A program made the translations under genes and the position numbers. Below the pieces are notes generated by a model. That model was not told where the DNA came from. It did not search any database and saw only the letters and a program-made list of their open reading frames with translations. From Myxococcota bacterium (lineage in GTDB: Bacteria > Myxococcota_A > Polyangia > Polyangiales > Houyiibacteriaceae), in NCBI GenBank assembly GCA_039030515.1, contig JBCCEA010000022.1:1-64000 (forward strand): a stretch of DNA of 64,000 nucleotides, written 5' to 3'. The first letter of the stretch is position 1. The number at the start of each line of letters is the position of its first letter. Positions 47,902 through 57,537 of this stretch are shown piece by piece.

Positions 47902-49281
47902 CTACACAAGAGACTTGTGTAGTGTGGATCTATGAAACGCGTTTTGCAGCAAAGGGATAACCTGCTGAAGGCGTCTTTTGATGTCACCAATATGTGTGAA
48001 GGCATTGTCGATAGAATATGGGTTACTGAACGCACGCCACTCGAAAGCAGGCATGAGTGCATTCCAAGGCTCCTCGTAAGGCGATTTACCTCGATGCATT
48101 TCTTTGCTCTCTTGCCGGATGAGGTCGTGTCGGACAAATTCGGTATAGTTCGCTTCCGTCTGACTTAGGACAACATCCACGAATCTCTGAGCGGTTTGCA
48201 GGTGATGGTTTTGAATTTCGCTCGCTCCTCTTTTGCCGATTCCTAGTTGGCGCACGGCGTCAAAAGAGACTTTTGCAAAGTCGACCGGTTTTACGTTTGC
48301 ATAGAGCCAACTTCTATCTTGCTGGCTCAACGAGTATTTGCCTAAACCCGACATGTTCACCTTTGGATAGAAGCGCATTGAATCTCTTCTGAGGTGCTCT
48401 CCTTCCACAGAGCTGAACGGAGCCGTCGTGGACCCGATGGCGAGTCGGTCCATATCATCCAAGAGCTGACTCATCACAATGTAGCTGAGCATGGTAAGAA
48501 AACCTGAGAGTTTGCGAGCTTTTCTAGTTTGACCCGGGCCTTTTTCAATGGCTTGGGTGAGCCTACGACCGATGCTGGCCGCCGCTGACTCCACCATTAT
48601 TTTTGGAATACGACGACGGGATGCCGAGTAATAGTCATATAAGGAGCGTCGGTAGCCAAACCGATTGCGAATAGGCTCGTTCTCTCTCGAAAAGAAGTCG
48701 GTGACGCGTTCCAAGGGTAGGGTGAACGTTAGTTGCGGCCACAAACGTGGAACCAGAGGCAGGGGATATCCACTGTCGGCTCGAGCCTCAATTCGATAGG
48801 CAAACTTCTGGTCTGCATGAAGTTGTTGCGGTAATGAATCGGGATGGTTTCTATTAAAGCTTTCAATGAAGCTATCGAGATAAAGTGTATTGACGATATC
48901 TTTTTTGCTTCTGCGGTTCCATGCGTAGTTTTTGCGTCCTTGTGCGAGAAACCGATAGTACGAAATCGCCACGCTCGATATCGCTTAAAAGGATTGCCAA
49001 AATCGCGATTCGCTCGCTGTATACGCCGCCGGAGTCTTTAGCTCGAGTAGGGTACCGAAAAAGGTGGTGTCCAACGCCCCGATGACTTGTTCATTTTGAA
49101 AGACAGGTTGTTCCGCGTGGACCGATGAAAGGTATCCACTGTAATCCTGTCTCAATACAGCCAATTTCCCGGCGGCGTAACTGGAGCCAACGCGAGCGTC
49201 ACATTCGAGCTCTAAGCCCAGCGTGAGCTGATCGCGAGATGCGTCTCCGTCCATCGGGTCAGGTGCGACAGGTAGCGGCAC
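47902..49281 (-). pseudogene. Amidoligase/GCS-like paralogue 2, interrupted by an in-frame TAA at 48985-48987
   Basis: ORFs 48985..49281 and 47902..48972 are in the same frame, 12 nt apart; the stop aligns with Glu in paralogue 1. Confidence 0.7.
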
Positions 49282-49446
49282 AACCCATCGTACAGGGTTT
49301 CAGTATTGAAACCCAAGAAGCGTATGTCGCGACAAGAAGATCATATGGCGTTAAAGAGGTCGGCCCCTCTCCGCTCGGCCCGGGCGATGCCGAGCCGGGC
49401 GATGCCCTGACCGAGTGATGCCGGGCCGAGTGATGCCGTGGTCGCG

Positions 49447-50922
49447 CTAGTCTGCTGGCCGAAATTGTGGGGCGACGAAGGGTGCGGTTCGCATCAGGGG
49501 AGGGTCCTCGCTGCCCTTGAGCCGCACTTCGAGGGCGATCTGCTCCACCTCAGCACCTAGGGAAACCTCAGCGAAAATCGGAACCCGGGCGTCGGTGAGT
49601 GGCGGAATCTCCAACTCCGGCCTTGAAATGGTCAGTTTGGTGGCGGTGGATGCTGCCGAATTCGCGTGAGGCTTGATTTGAAACACGGCGGGCTCTGCAC
49701 CTTTGTTCACGAGATGCATCTCGTAGCCGTTGCGCACGATCGAGACGCCAGACGCACCATGCTCCACCGTATAGGGGGCTCCCTTGAGACGCATGAGATT
49801 CGCTTCGAAGTCCTGGTGCGACCGGAACGCGAAGGCGGCGACCGTCAAACCGACGAGACCCAGTAGTGCATAGAGACCGATGCGTGGTCGGAACCAGCGG
49901 ACCTTCTCGCCTGAGTCAAAACCCGCTTGCGCGTCGTAGCGCACCAGTCCTTTGGGGCGACCGATCTTCGTCATCACCGCATCGCAGGCGTCGATGCAGG
50001 CCGCGCAGCCGATGCATTCAAGCTGCAGGCCGTTTCGAATATCGATTCCCGTCGGGCAGACATGTACGCAACGACGGCAGTCGATGCAGTCGCCGGACGA
50101 TGAATGCTTGTCCGACGCACGGTCCCTGCGCGACGACCCCCTGCCCCCGCTCCGAGGCTCTCCGCGACGCACATCGTAGCCGATGGTCAGGGTGTGGCTG
50201 TCGGTGAGTGCCGACTGCAGTCGGCCATAGGGACAGACGATCAGGCAGAGCTGCTCTCGAAACCAGCCGAAGTTGAGATAGAGCACCAGGCCAAAGCCCG
50301 CCATCCACGCAAAAGCCTCCGGATGCTTTGCCGGCGACTGCTGCACCATCGAGGTCAAAGACGGTAGAGACACAAAGTAGCTCAGAAACACGTGGGCTAA
50401 GAACACGCTGACCACCGCAAAAGCCGCATGCTTGAGGGCTGCGCGCACAGCAATTTGCCGGGTCATGCCGCTTTTCTGCCGGCGCATCCGCTGGCTGCGA
50501 CTGCCTTCAATGAAGCGTTCGATGCGCCGGTAGACGCCCTCAAGCCAAACGGTTTGCGGGCAGGCATAGCCGCACCAGACGCGTCCGAGGAGGGTGGTCG
50601 TCAGGATGAGCAGGAACCCGATGCCGGTGAGCAGAAAGAACGAAAGCCAGAAGTCCTGGGCGTTGAAGGTCTCTCCAAAAAGATAAAATCGCCGATGGGG
50701 GATATCCAAAAAGAGCGCCGGGTGTCCTTTGATCTGGATGAACGGGACGATGAGGATGACGCCGATAAGGGCTGCATAGATCGAGTGGCGCAGCGTGGTG
50801 AACCGCCCCGTCACATCGGCCGGTATGGGCAGGACCCGGCGACCTTCCTTATCTAGAGACCCCACGGGCGACTCGAAACTCGCGGCATTATCGAGTACCG
50901 GCAGGCGTGGTTTTGAATCCAT
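49447..50922 (-). CDS. ccoG: Cytochrome c oxidase accessory protein CcoG/FixG
   Basis: GRVWCGYACPQT, CPYGRLQ, CIDCRRCVHVCPTGIDIR and ECIGCAACIDAC motifs. Confidence 0.95.
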   Translation of the reverse strand: MDSKPRLPVLDNAASFESPVGSLDKEGRRVLPIPADVTGRFTTLRHSIYAALIGVILIVPFIQIKGHPALFLDIPHRRFYLFGETFNAQDFWLSFFLLTGIGFLLILTTTLLGRVWCGYACPQTVWLEGVYRRIERFIEGSRSQRMRRQKSGMTRQIAVRAALKHAAFAVVSVFLAHVFLSYFVSLPSLTSMVQQSPAKHPEAFAWMAGFGLVLYLNFGWFREQLCLIVCPYGRLQSALTDSHTLTIGYDVRRGEPRSGGRGSSRRDRASDKHSSSGDCIDCRRCVHVCPTGIDIRNGLQLECIGCAACIDACDAVMTKIGRPKGLVRYDAQAGFDSGEKVRWFRPRIGLYALLGLVGLTVAAFAFRSHQDFEANLMRLKGAPYTVEHGASGVSIVRNGYEMHLVNKGAEPAVFQIKPHANSAASTATKLTISRPELEIPPLTDARVPIFAEVSLGAEVEQIALEVRLKGSEDPPLMRTAPFVAPQFRPAD

Positions 50923-50967
50923 AGGGTCTCTCTTTTTCTGCGCCGTAGTTTAGAGCTGCACCGTAGT

Positions 50968-51585
50968 TTAGAGCTGCGGCGACTCGCTCCCTGGTTCTTG
51001 GGGGTAGTCCTCAGCGCCGCTGGTTTCCTGCCCTGACCAAATGACTCCCTCGGGCCCTTTGCCGGGTTGGTTTGTGCCTCGTAGCGAAAGCACGAACGCC
51101 GTTAGCTCGGTAACGCTTTTTTGCCCGAGCGCCGCGCCCCACGCCGGCATGCCCTTTTCCGCGATGCCCTTGTCGATCATTCGGTGGATGTCGAGACTGC
51201 CGCCGCCGTGAATCCAGTGATCGTCGGTCAGGTTCGGGCCGATATTGCCCTCTGCGGCAGCGCCATGGCAGGGCGCACAGGTGGCGGCAAAGGTCTGTTT
51301 GCCTTGTGCGACCGTCCCCGAGTCGAGGGCTGCAGCGAGCAGAAGCTCCGAGGTGATCTCGCCGCCCTCTTCGGCCCTCGAGGCCAAATCTGCAGCGTAC
51401 GCCTCGAGGGGCAGATCTCCGATATCGAGAGAGTGATAGTAAAACCAATAGCCAAACGAGAATACGATCGTTGCAAAGAATATGCTGAGCCACCACTGCG
51501 GCAGGTTGTTGTCCGCTTCTCGAATGCCGTCGTATTCGTGGATGACCTCGCCCTGAATCGGGTCTGGCTCGTAAGACTTATTCAT
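50968..51585 (-). CDS. ccoP: cbb3-type cytochrome c oxidase subunit III (single heme)
   Basis: HEYDGIRE.DN.LP.WW, CAPCH, GPNLTD and MPAWG motifs. Confidence 0.92.
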   Translation of the reverse strand: MNKSYEPDPIQGEVIHEYDGIREADNNLPQWWLSIFFATIVFSFGYWFYYHSLDIGDLPLEAYAADLASRAEEGGEITSELLLAAALDSGTVAQGKQTFAATCAPCHGAAAEGNIGPNLTDDHWIHGGGSLDIHRMIDKGIAEKGMPAWGAALGQKSVTELTAFVLSLRGTNQPGKGPEGVIWSGQETSGAEDYPQEPGSESPQL

Positions 51586-51875
51586 CGACCTGCTCCTGCA
51601 TCCCTCGCGGGCAAATCCTCATGAAGCGCGCCTTCAACGATGTCGTGTTCAACGATGTCGTCACCGGAATCTCCCGGGCTCGAAGAGCGAGCGGAAACCG
51701 AGTAGCGTTCTGAACGCAGGGGCAGCTGCGCCATCCTATCCAGCTCCTCACGTGTGGTCCGCATTGCCCGAAACGCCATAGCGGAAAACACGGCCATAAA
51801 AAGGATCATGGCGATGACGGGAAACGCGAGCAGGGGACTCTGTGCAAAGTAGTCGCTCGCGAGCCAACTCAGCAT
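51582..51875 (-). CDS. ccoQ: CcoQ-like small subunit
   Basis: Single TM, MAQLPL motif; lies between ccoNO and ccoP. Confidence 0.65.
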   Translation of the reverse strand: MLSWLASDYFAQSPLLAFPVIAMILFMAVFSAMAFRAMRTTREELDRMAQLPLRSERYSVSARSSSPGDSGDDIVEHDIVEGALHEDLPARDAGAGR

Positions 51876-54385
51876 TAGCGTGCCTCCATAGGTTCATGGC
51901 GTTCATCGACGTGCTTATCGGCGCGAATGTATCCGTCGTCATGGAACGCAACCTCAGCAGGAACGGTGGCTCGGTCGCCCTCGATATGGGTGGGTGAGGT
52001 GTTTTGGCCTACGCGCTGTAAATAGCTGATGAGGGCGATGAGTCGGCTGTCTGCTGCCGCTACGATCCCCTCTTCGCGCAGCGCTTCGGCGATGCCTGTC
52101 GCATCTCGGCGGGCTGCTGCTGCGCTTTCAGCTATCGTTTCTGCATCGTAGGGCACTCCGGCGATGCGCAAGGCCCGCATTTTTGCAGCTATTGCGTCAA
52201 AATCAACCGGGTCGACCGCCCGCACCTCGTCCGGCGCTAATTCGAGACATCGAGACCGGCACGCTTGGTCTGCGCACTCCGCCTCGCATAGATCCACCGA
52301 CGAGCGGCCGAGATGGGCGTAGGGCGGCATGTTCGATCCCGGTGAGATCTCGCGCGGGTTGAGCATGTGCCGGTAGTGCCACACGTCCGGATACCGGCCT
52401 CCAACGCGGGCCAGGTCTGGGCCGATGCGCCTTGAGCCCCACTGAAACGGGTGGTCGAAGACGCTGTCGTCATCCACAGAAACTTGACCGTAGCGCGCAG
52501 ATTCCCAGGTAAATGGCCGGATCATCTGCGAGTGACACACGTAGCAGCCCTCTGCGAGGTAGACGTCTCGCCCTTCGACCTCCAGTGCGCTGTAGGGCTG
52601 GTTTTGGGTGGTCGCGATCTGTTCGGGGGCGGCCACCACCGAAGGCACGATTTCAGCGACTCCGCCGATCAATACCGCGAAGATCGTCAGTACGGTAAAG
52701 AGCAGCCCGCGTCCCTCCAGCAAGGCGTGCCAGGTCGGCTGCCGTGTGTCTCGCGCAGCAGTGCCGATCAGGAACGCAACCGCCATCACCCCCGCCGCGA
52801 GCGCAAAGTAGACGATGCTCGCCGTTTCGTTGACCACCCCCATGATTCCGACGAGCACCATGATGAGGACCGAGAGGATCACCGGGCTGCCGAGCAGGAT
52901 CTTTCGCGCGGGCACCTCGGCGCCATCATCTTGTTCGGCCGGCTCGAGCCGAGGCACTTCAGCGCTGCCCTCCACAAGCGTCTTGCCCGCGGCGGTTTTG
53001 ACTAGGTTCCAGGCCATCACGATGAACCCGAGCAGGTAGAGGGTCCCTCCTACGAGACGCATCCAGTAAAGAGGCCGGATCGCCAGCAGCGTTTCGACGA
53101 AGTTCGGGTAGAGCAGACCTCCGCCCTCCGTTTCAGCCCGCCACATTAGACCTTGAGTGATCCCGGCAACCCACATCGAGACCACGTAGAGCAAGATGCC
53201 GAAGGTCCCGATCCAAAAATGCAGGTTGGCCGCCTTTTGGGAGTGGAGCTCGGTATTGAAGAGCCGGGGCAGCATCCAATAAAACATTCCCGCGGCCATA
53301 AAGCCGTTCCAGCCAAGCCCGCCACTGTGCACGTGGCCGATGATCCAGTCGGTGTAGTGGGCAAGGCCGTTGATCGACTTGATGCTGAGCAGGGGCCCCT
53401 CGAACGTGCTCATGCCGTAAAACGTCACTGCAGCTGCAAAGAACTTGAGCACCGGATCTTCACGCAGCTTGTGCCAAGCGCCTCGCAAGGTGAGCAGGCC
53501 GTTGATCATGCCGCCCCAGCTCGGCGCCCAGAGCATCAGGCTAAACACCATGCCGAGCGTCTGTGCCCAGTCCGGCAGGGCGGTGTAGAGCAGGTGGTGG
53601 GGGCCCGCCCAGATGTAGAGAAAGACCAGGCCCCAGAAGTGTATGATCGACAGGCGATAGGAAAACACCGGACGATCGGCGGCCTTCGGCAAGAAGTAAT
53701 ACATGATGCCGAGAATCGGAGTCGTGAGGAAGAACGCGACCGCGTTGTGGCCGTACCACCACTGGACCAGCGCGTCTTGTACGCCACCAAAAAGCGAATA
53801 GCTGCCCATCGCAGAAAACGGCACCGCCAGGCTGTTGACCACGTGCAGGATGGTGATCGTCACCAAAGTGGCGATGTAGAACCAGATCGAGACATAGAGC
53901 TGCTGCTCCCGGCGCTGCATCAGGGTCCAGAAGAAGTTGACCGCGAAGACCACCCAGATGATCGCGATCGCGATATCGATCGGCCAGGCGAGCTCCGCGT
54001 ACTCTTTGCCCTGCGTGATGCCGAGCGGCAGCGTCAATGCCGCCGAGACGATGATCGCCTGCCATCCCCAGAAGTGAATCTTCGACAGAACATCCGACGC
54101 CATCCGCGCTTTGAGGAGACGCTGGGTAGAGTAGTAAACGCCGGCAAAGATCATATTGCCGACAAAGGCGAAGATGACGGCGTTGGTGTGTAGCGGTCGA
54201 AGCCGGCCAAAGGTGAAGTACTCGGCGAAGTTCGCGGGCCAGAACGCCAGCTGAAGCGCGATGAGCGCGCCGACCGCCATGCCCACAATGCCCCAAAGCA
54301 TCGAGGCCCATAGGAAGTCCCGCGCTATCCGGTCGTTATACACAATCCGCATCGTCTGCATCGATTCGCACTCCTGCTTGCGCAT
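51875..54385 (-). CDS. ccoN: Fused cbb3-type oxidase subunits I/II (CcoN-CcoO)
   Basis: GRLRPLHTN, WWYGHNAV, GPHH and GHVH for CcoN; EGCYVCHSQMIRP and WGSRRIGPDL for CcoO. Confidence 0.96.
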   Translation of the reverse strand: MRKQECESMQTMRIVYNDRIARDFLWASMLWGIVGMAVGALIALQLAFWPANFAEYFTFGRLRPLHTNAVIFAFVGNMIFAGVYYSTQRLLKARMASDVLSKIHFWGWQAIIVSAALTLPLGITQGKEYAELAWPIDIAIAIIWVVFAVNFFWTLMQRREQQLYVSIWFYIATLVTITILHVVNSLAVPFSAMGSYSLFGGVQDALVQWWYGHNAVAFFLTTPILGIMYYFLPKAADRPVFSYRLSIIHFWGLVFLYIWAGPHHLLYTALPDWAQTLGMVFSLMLWAPSWGGMINGLLTLRGAWHKLREDPVLKFFAAAVTFYGMSTFEGPLLSIKSINGLAHYTDWIIGHVHSGGLGWNGFMAAGMFYWMLPRLFNTELHSQKAANLHFWIGTFGILLYVVSMWVAGITQGLMWRAETEGGGLLYPNFVETLLAIRPLYWMRLVGGTLYLLGFIVMAWNLVKTAAGKTLVEGSAEVPRLEPAEQDDGAEVPARKILLGSPVILSVLIMVLVGIMGVVNETASIVYFALAAGVMAVAFLIGTAARDTRQPTWHALLEGRGLLFTVLTIFAVLIGGVAEIVPSVVAAPEQIATTQNQPYSALEVEGRDVYLAEGCYVCHSQMIRPFTWESARYGQVSVDDDSVFDHPFQWGSRRIGPDLARVGGRYPDVWHYRHMLNPREISPGSNMPPYAHLGRSSVDLCEAECADQACRSRCLELAPDEVRAVDPVDFDAIAAKMRALRIAGVPYDAETIAESAAAARRDATGIAEALREEGIVAAADSRLIALISYLQRVGQNTSPTHIEGDRATVPAEVAFHDDGYIRADKHVDERHEPMEAR

Positions 54386-54425
54386 CTAATGCACAAACGT
54401 GATTCTCTCGGGTTTAGGGCAAGGA

Positions 54426-54701
54426 CTACCGAATCAGATTCGCGGCATCGTCTGCTTCGGTCTTGCGTCCTTTGGGTCTCGCCTCGTCGGCGGCGTCGAG
54501 GCGCTCCGCTACAGTTTTCGTGCCACTCTCTGCCCGCTCGGCAGGCGCGTCCTCGTCCACCTTGCGATCCTCGCGCAGGGGCAGAAGCGCCAGCCGCTCT
54601 CCCTGCCGGTGGGCGCCCGCGTTCCAGGTCCAAATGAACGCCAGCACGAATGCGGTGGTCAGCAAAAGGCTCACAAAAACCAGCAATATCAGTATTTCCA
54701 C
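54426..54701 (-). CDS. ccoS: cbb3 oxidase assembly protein CcoS/FixS
   Basis: N-terminal TM (MEILILLVFVSL..FIW) and position after ccoI. Confidence 0.8.
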   Translation of the reverse strand: MEILILLVFVSLLLTTAFVLAFIWTWNAGAHRQGERLALLPLREDRKVDEDAPAERAESGTKTVAERLDAADEARPKGRKTEADDAANLIR

Positions 54702-57127
54702 GATATCTGCCTTCGAAGCATCGTCCCGGTCAAAACCAGGCTGGTGAGGGAGCTTGCCGGCATCAGTACCGCCGCCAACCAGGGTTGCATCTGACCTGTT
54801 GCCGCGATGGTGACCGCGATGAGGTTGTAGGCCACCGCGAAGATCAGATTTGCACGAACGACTTGCGCAAGCTGACGCGCCAAACGAAGAGATTGCGCAA
54901 TCGGGGCGATGCCCGGTGCGGTCACGTAGAAATCACATCGAGCCGCCATAAAGGGTCGGTCTACCGCCGGGGTTCCGCTGCAGTGGGCTGCCTGCAGCGC
55001 CAGGCTGTCGTTGACTCCGTCTCCGATCATCAAGGTGTCTTCTTGATCGATGGCTGCAATTTGGGCGGCTTTTTCGTCGGGCGACTGACGGCCTCGGCAG
55101 CGCGCTGAATCGAGTCCAAGCCGAGCCGCCATCTCGGCCACCTTATCTTCCTCGTCGCCAGAGAGGATGTGCACCTCGTAGCCTTGCTGCTCTAGGGCTT
55201 TGATCTCTGCTGGAGCGTCGGGTCGCAACTGCTCTTCAAATCGAACCGACAGGATGGCCTGCCCGTCTTTGCCGAACGTAGCGACACCCCGCTGCTCGGT
55301 ATCTTGCGGGGCGGTCTCGTTTTGCCTTGAAGTCCCGACAAACGAAGGCGCGCCAAAGCGGTAGATAGAGGGACCGCTAGACGAATCAAGCTGCAACTCG
55401 ACGCCTCTTCCCGCCACCTCCAGGACGGCCACTCCCCCGATGCAGGCAGCGGTTTGTCGCAGGACGCGTGCCACCGCGCGACTTTTGGGGTGATGGCTGT
55501 GGGACGCCAGCGTGTAGAGAATGTCGCGGTCTTTTGCGGCGAGATCTGCCAGCGCTTCGGGATGCTGCAGTGAGAGTTGGCCGCTCGTGAGGGTGCCGGT
55601 TTTGTCGAACACAACCCGCCTTACGGCCCTCACGCGGTCGAGAAAACTGCCGCTGGTGACGAAGAGTCCGCGTTGTCGTAGCTCGGCGGACACCAGCTCA
55701 TACGCTAGCGGCGTCGCGATTCCGAAGGCGCACGGACAGGTGACGACCAAGATCGCGGTGGTGACCTGCATCGCTATAGAGGCGGACCCGGTCAGGAGCA
55801 TCCAAGCGACGAAGGCAAGGGAAGCCGTAGTGAGCACGAGCCACACGTAGACCTTGGCGAGGCGCTCCCAGAAAATACCCGCATGCTCTCGCTGGCCCGC
55901 TCGCTGCAGTAGTCGTGAAAGATCTGAGTCTTCGAACGACTGCAGGGCGCGCACATGCACGGTCATGCGCCCCGTATTGAAGGCGCCCGCCGGTACCGAC
56001 TGCCCGCGTTCGATGAGCCGCCCGTCGCTCTCACCGCTGCACCACTCAAGGGAGCACTGCGCGGACGCATCGAGGAGCTCTGCATCGACAGGAACAAGAT
56101 CTAGGGGCGCCACCCGAAGCACGTCGCCGGGTTTGACTGCAGTTACGGGCTGCAGATCCGCATGGCCCGCCTGAACGATATTGGTGAGCAGAGAAGCGAC
56201 GTGGTCGCCATCGAGCAGGCGATCTCGATTTCGCTCGAGAACCCGCTCTTGAAGATAGCGTCCGAGCAGCATCAGCGTGATGAATACCGTGACCGTATCG
56301 AGGTAGGGTGCGCGCTCGGCACCACCGAAAAAAGCGAGTGACGAAAGGAGAAACGACAGCCCAATCCCGAGGGCGATCGGCAAATCGAGATGCAGGATTC
56401 GTTTGCGAAGGCTCGCGGCGGCTGCGCGAAAGAAGTAGGTGCCTCCGATCCCCACGGCCAAGACCGCGAGGACGTACTCAAGCCGGCCGACGATCGCGTA
56501 GAGCGGCCCGTCCTTGAGACCGAGGTAGACCGAAACCGAAAACATCATCGAGTTCAGAGCCAGAGCCGCGCACACCCCGAGACGCAAGAGCAGGGAGTCC
56601 GAACGGCGTTTGACGCCTCCGACCGCAGGACCGATCCGGTAGCCAAACGACTCCACGTCGCGCACGAACTTTTCGAGATCAAATCCCGGTTCACACTTGA
56701 GCTCCATTCGGCCGATCGAGGGCATCACGGTCACGCTCTGCCCTTGCTCCATGCGGTCGAACAGCTGCTCGATAAGCCAAACGCAAGCCGAGCAGTGCAG
56801 CCCTTGAACATCCAGCGCGAGGTGCCCCGAGGCGAGTTTTTCTCGTTCGGTCTCCACCCAGTAGCGAGCGGCGTTTTGCGCCTCCATGGCCGGCGTACCG
56901 TTGCGCCCTCTTAGATCGTAAAAGCGAGTCAGCTCCGCCGCGCGCAGGAGTTGATGGGCCGTGCGGCAGCCAGCGCAACAGTAGGCTTCGAGCGCGGAAT
57001 CCGGCACCGGCTGCCCACAGTGCAGACAGTCTCGCGCGTTTTGGCGACTTTGCTGCCGCGGGTGCACCTGGCGCCTCGAGGCGTCGCATCCACAGGCCGC
57101 GTGGCTGTTTGCGGTGCGGCTCCTCAT
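54689..57127 (-). CDS. ccoI: Copper P1B-type ATPase CcoI/FixI
   Basis: CLHCG, CCAGC, HCSACVWLIE, CPCA, DKTGTLT and GDGVND motifs. Confidence 0.92.
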   Translation of the reverse strand: MRSRTANSHAACGCDASRRQVHPRQQSRQNARDCLHCGQPVPDSALEAYCCAGCRTAHQLLRAAELTRFYDLRGRNGTPAMEAQNAARYWVETEREKLASGHLALDVQGLHCSACVWLIEQLFDRMEQGQSVTVMPSIGRMELKCEPGFDLEKFVRDVESFGYRIGPAVGGVKRRSDSLLLRLGVCAALALNSMMFSVSVYLGLKDGPLYAIVGRLEYVLAVLAVGIGGTYFFRAAAASLRKRILHLDLPIALGIGLSFLLSSLAFFGGAERAPYLDTVTVFITLMLLGRYLQERVLERNRDRLLDGDHVASLLTNIVQAGHADLQPVTAVKPGDVLRVAPLDLVPVDAELLDASAQCSLEWCSGESDGRLIERGQSVPAGAFNTGRMTVHVRALQSFEDSDLSRLLQRAGQREHAGIFWERLAKVYVWLVLTTASLAFVAWMLLTGSASIAMQVTTAILVVTCPCAFGIATPLAYELVSAELRQRGLFVTSGSFLDRVRAVRRVVFDKTGTLTSGQLSLQHPEALADLAAKDRDILYTLASHSHHPKSRAVARVLRQTAACIGGVAVLEVAGRGVELQLDSSSGPSIYRFGAPSFVGTSRQNETAPQDTEQRGVATFGKDGQAILSVRFEEQLRPDAPAEIKALEQQGYEVHILSGDEEDKVAEMAARLGLDSARCRGRQSPDEKAAQIAAIDQEDTLMIGDGVNDSLALQAAHCSGTPAVDRPFMAARCDFYVTAPGIAPIAQSLRLARQLAQVVRANLIFAVAYNLIAVTIAATGQMQPWLAAVLMPASSLTSLVLTGTMLRRQISWKY

Positions 57128-57274
57128 GCCGCCCGGTCCCCAGCTTCAGTGTGTGGCGATCGCGTGCTCGGGGGCATGCGCAGAATGTTCACCTGAGGGT
57201 GCGCTCGGGTGCACTGAATGCGCTTCGTCTGCCGAAGCACCAGGATGCTTGCAACCTGAAGAAGACCGCCCGCC

Positions 57275-57291
57275 TGCGCGCTTTGCGCCAA
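57275..57291 (-). promoter_or_regulatory. Possible sigma54 (-24/-12) promoter for the cco cluster
   Basis: Minus strand TTGGCGCAAAGCGCGCA has GG-N10-GC spacing; an NtrC-type activator is nearby. Weak -12 match. Confidence 0.3.
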
Positions 57292-57398
57292 GTGATCGAT
57301 TGCCGTTTCCATGACCTCTGTGGAGACCAGGCAACAGTCGTGCCGGCGGGCCGGGCGCAACGCGGGATTGCTGAGAGACCGGCCGCAGTAGAAGCGCT

Positions 57399-57490
57399 CG
57401 GCCTATGGACTGCATAAGCGGCCTATGGACTGCATGAGCGGCCTATGGACTGCATGAGCGGCACGTGGGCTGCATGAGCGGCACGTGGAC
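57399..57490. repeat. 20-bp tandem repeat x~4.5
   Basis: gcctatggactgcat(g/a)agcg at 57401, 57421 and 57441, diverging at 57461 and 57481. Confidence 0.9.
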
Positions 57491-57537
57491 CGAGTGAGAA
57501 GCTTCTCGGATGGCTCGCCCCATTCGAAGCGAGCGAG

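Noticed and set aside
53153..54193. 346-aa plus-strand ORF
   Set aside because: It is an antisense shadow of ccoN with no recognisable motifs.
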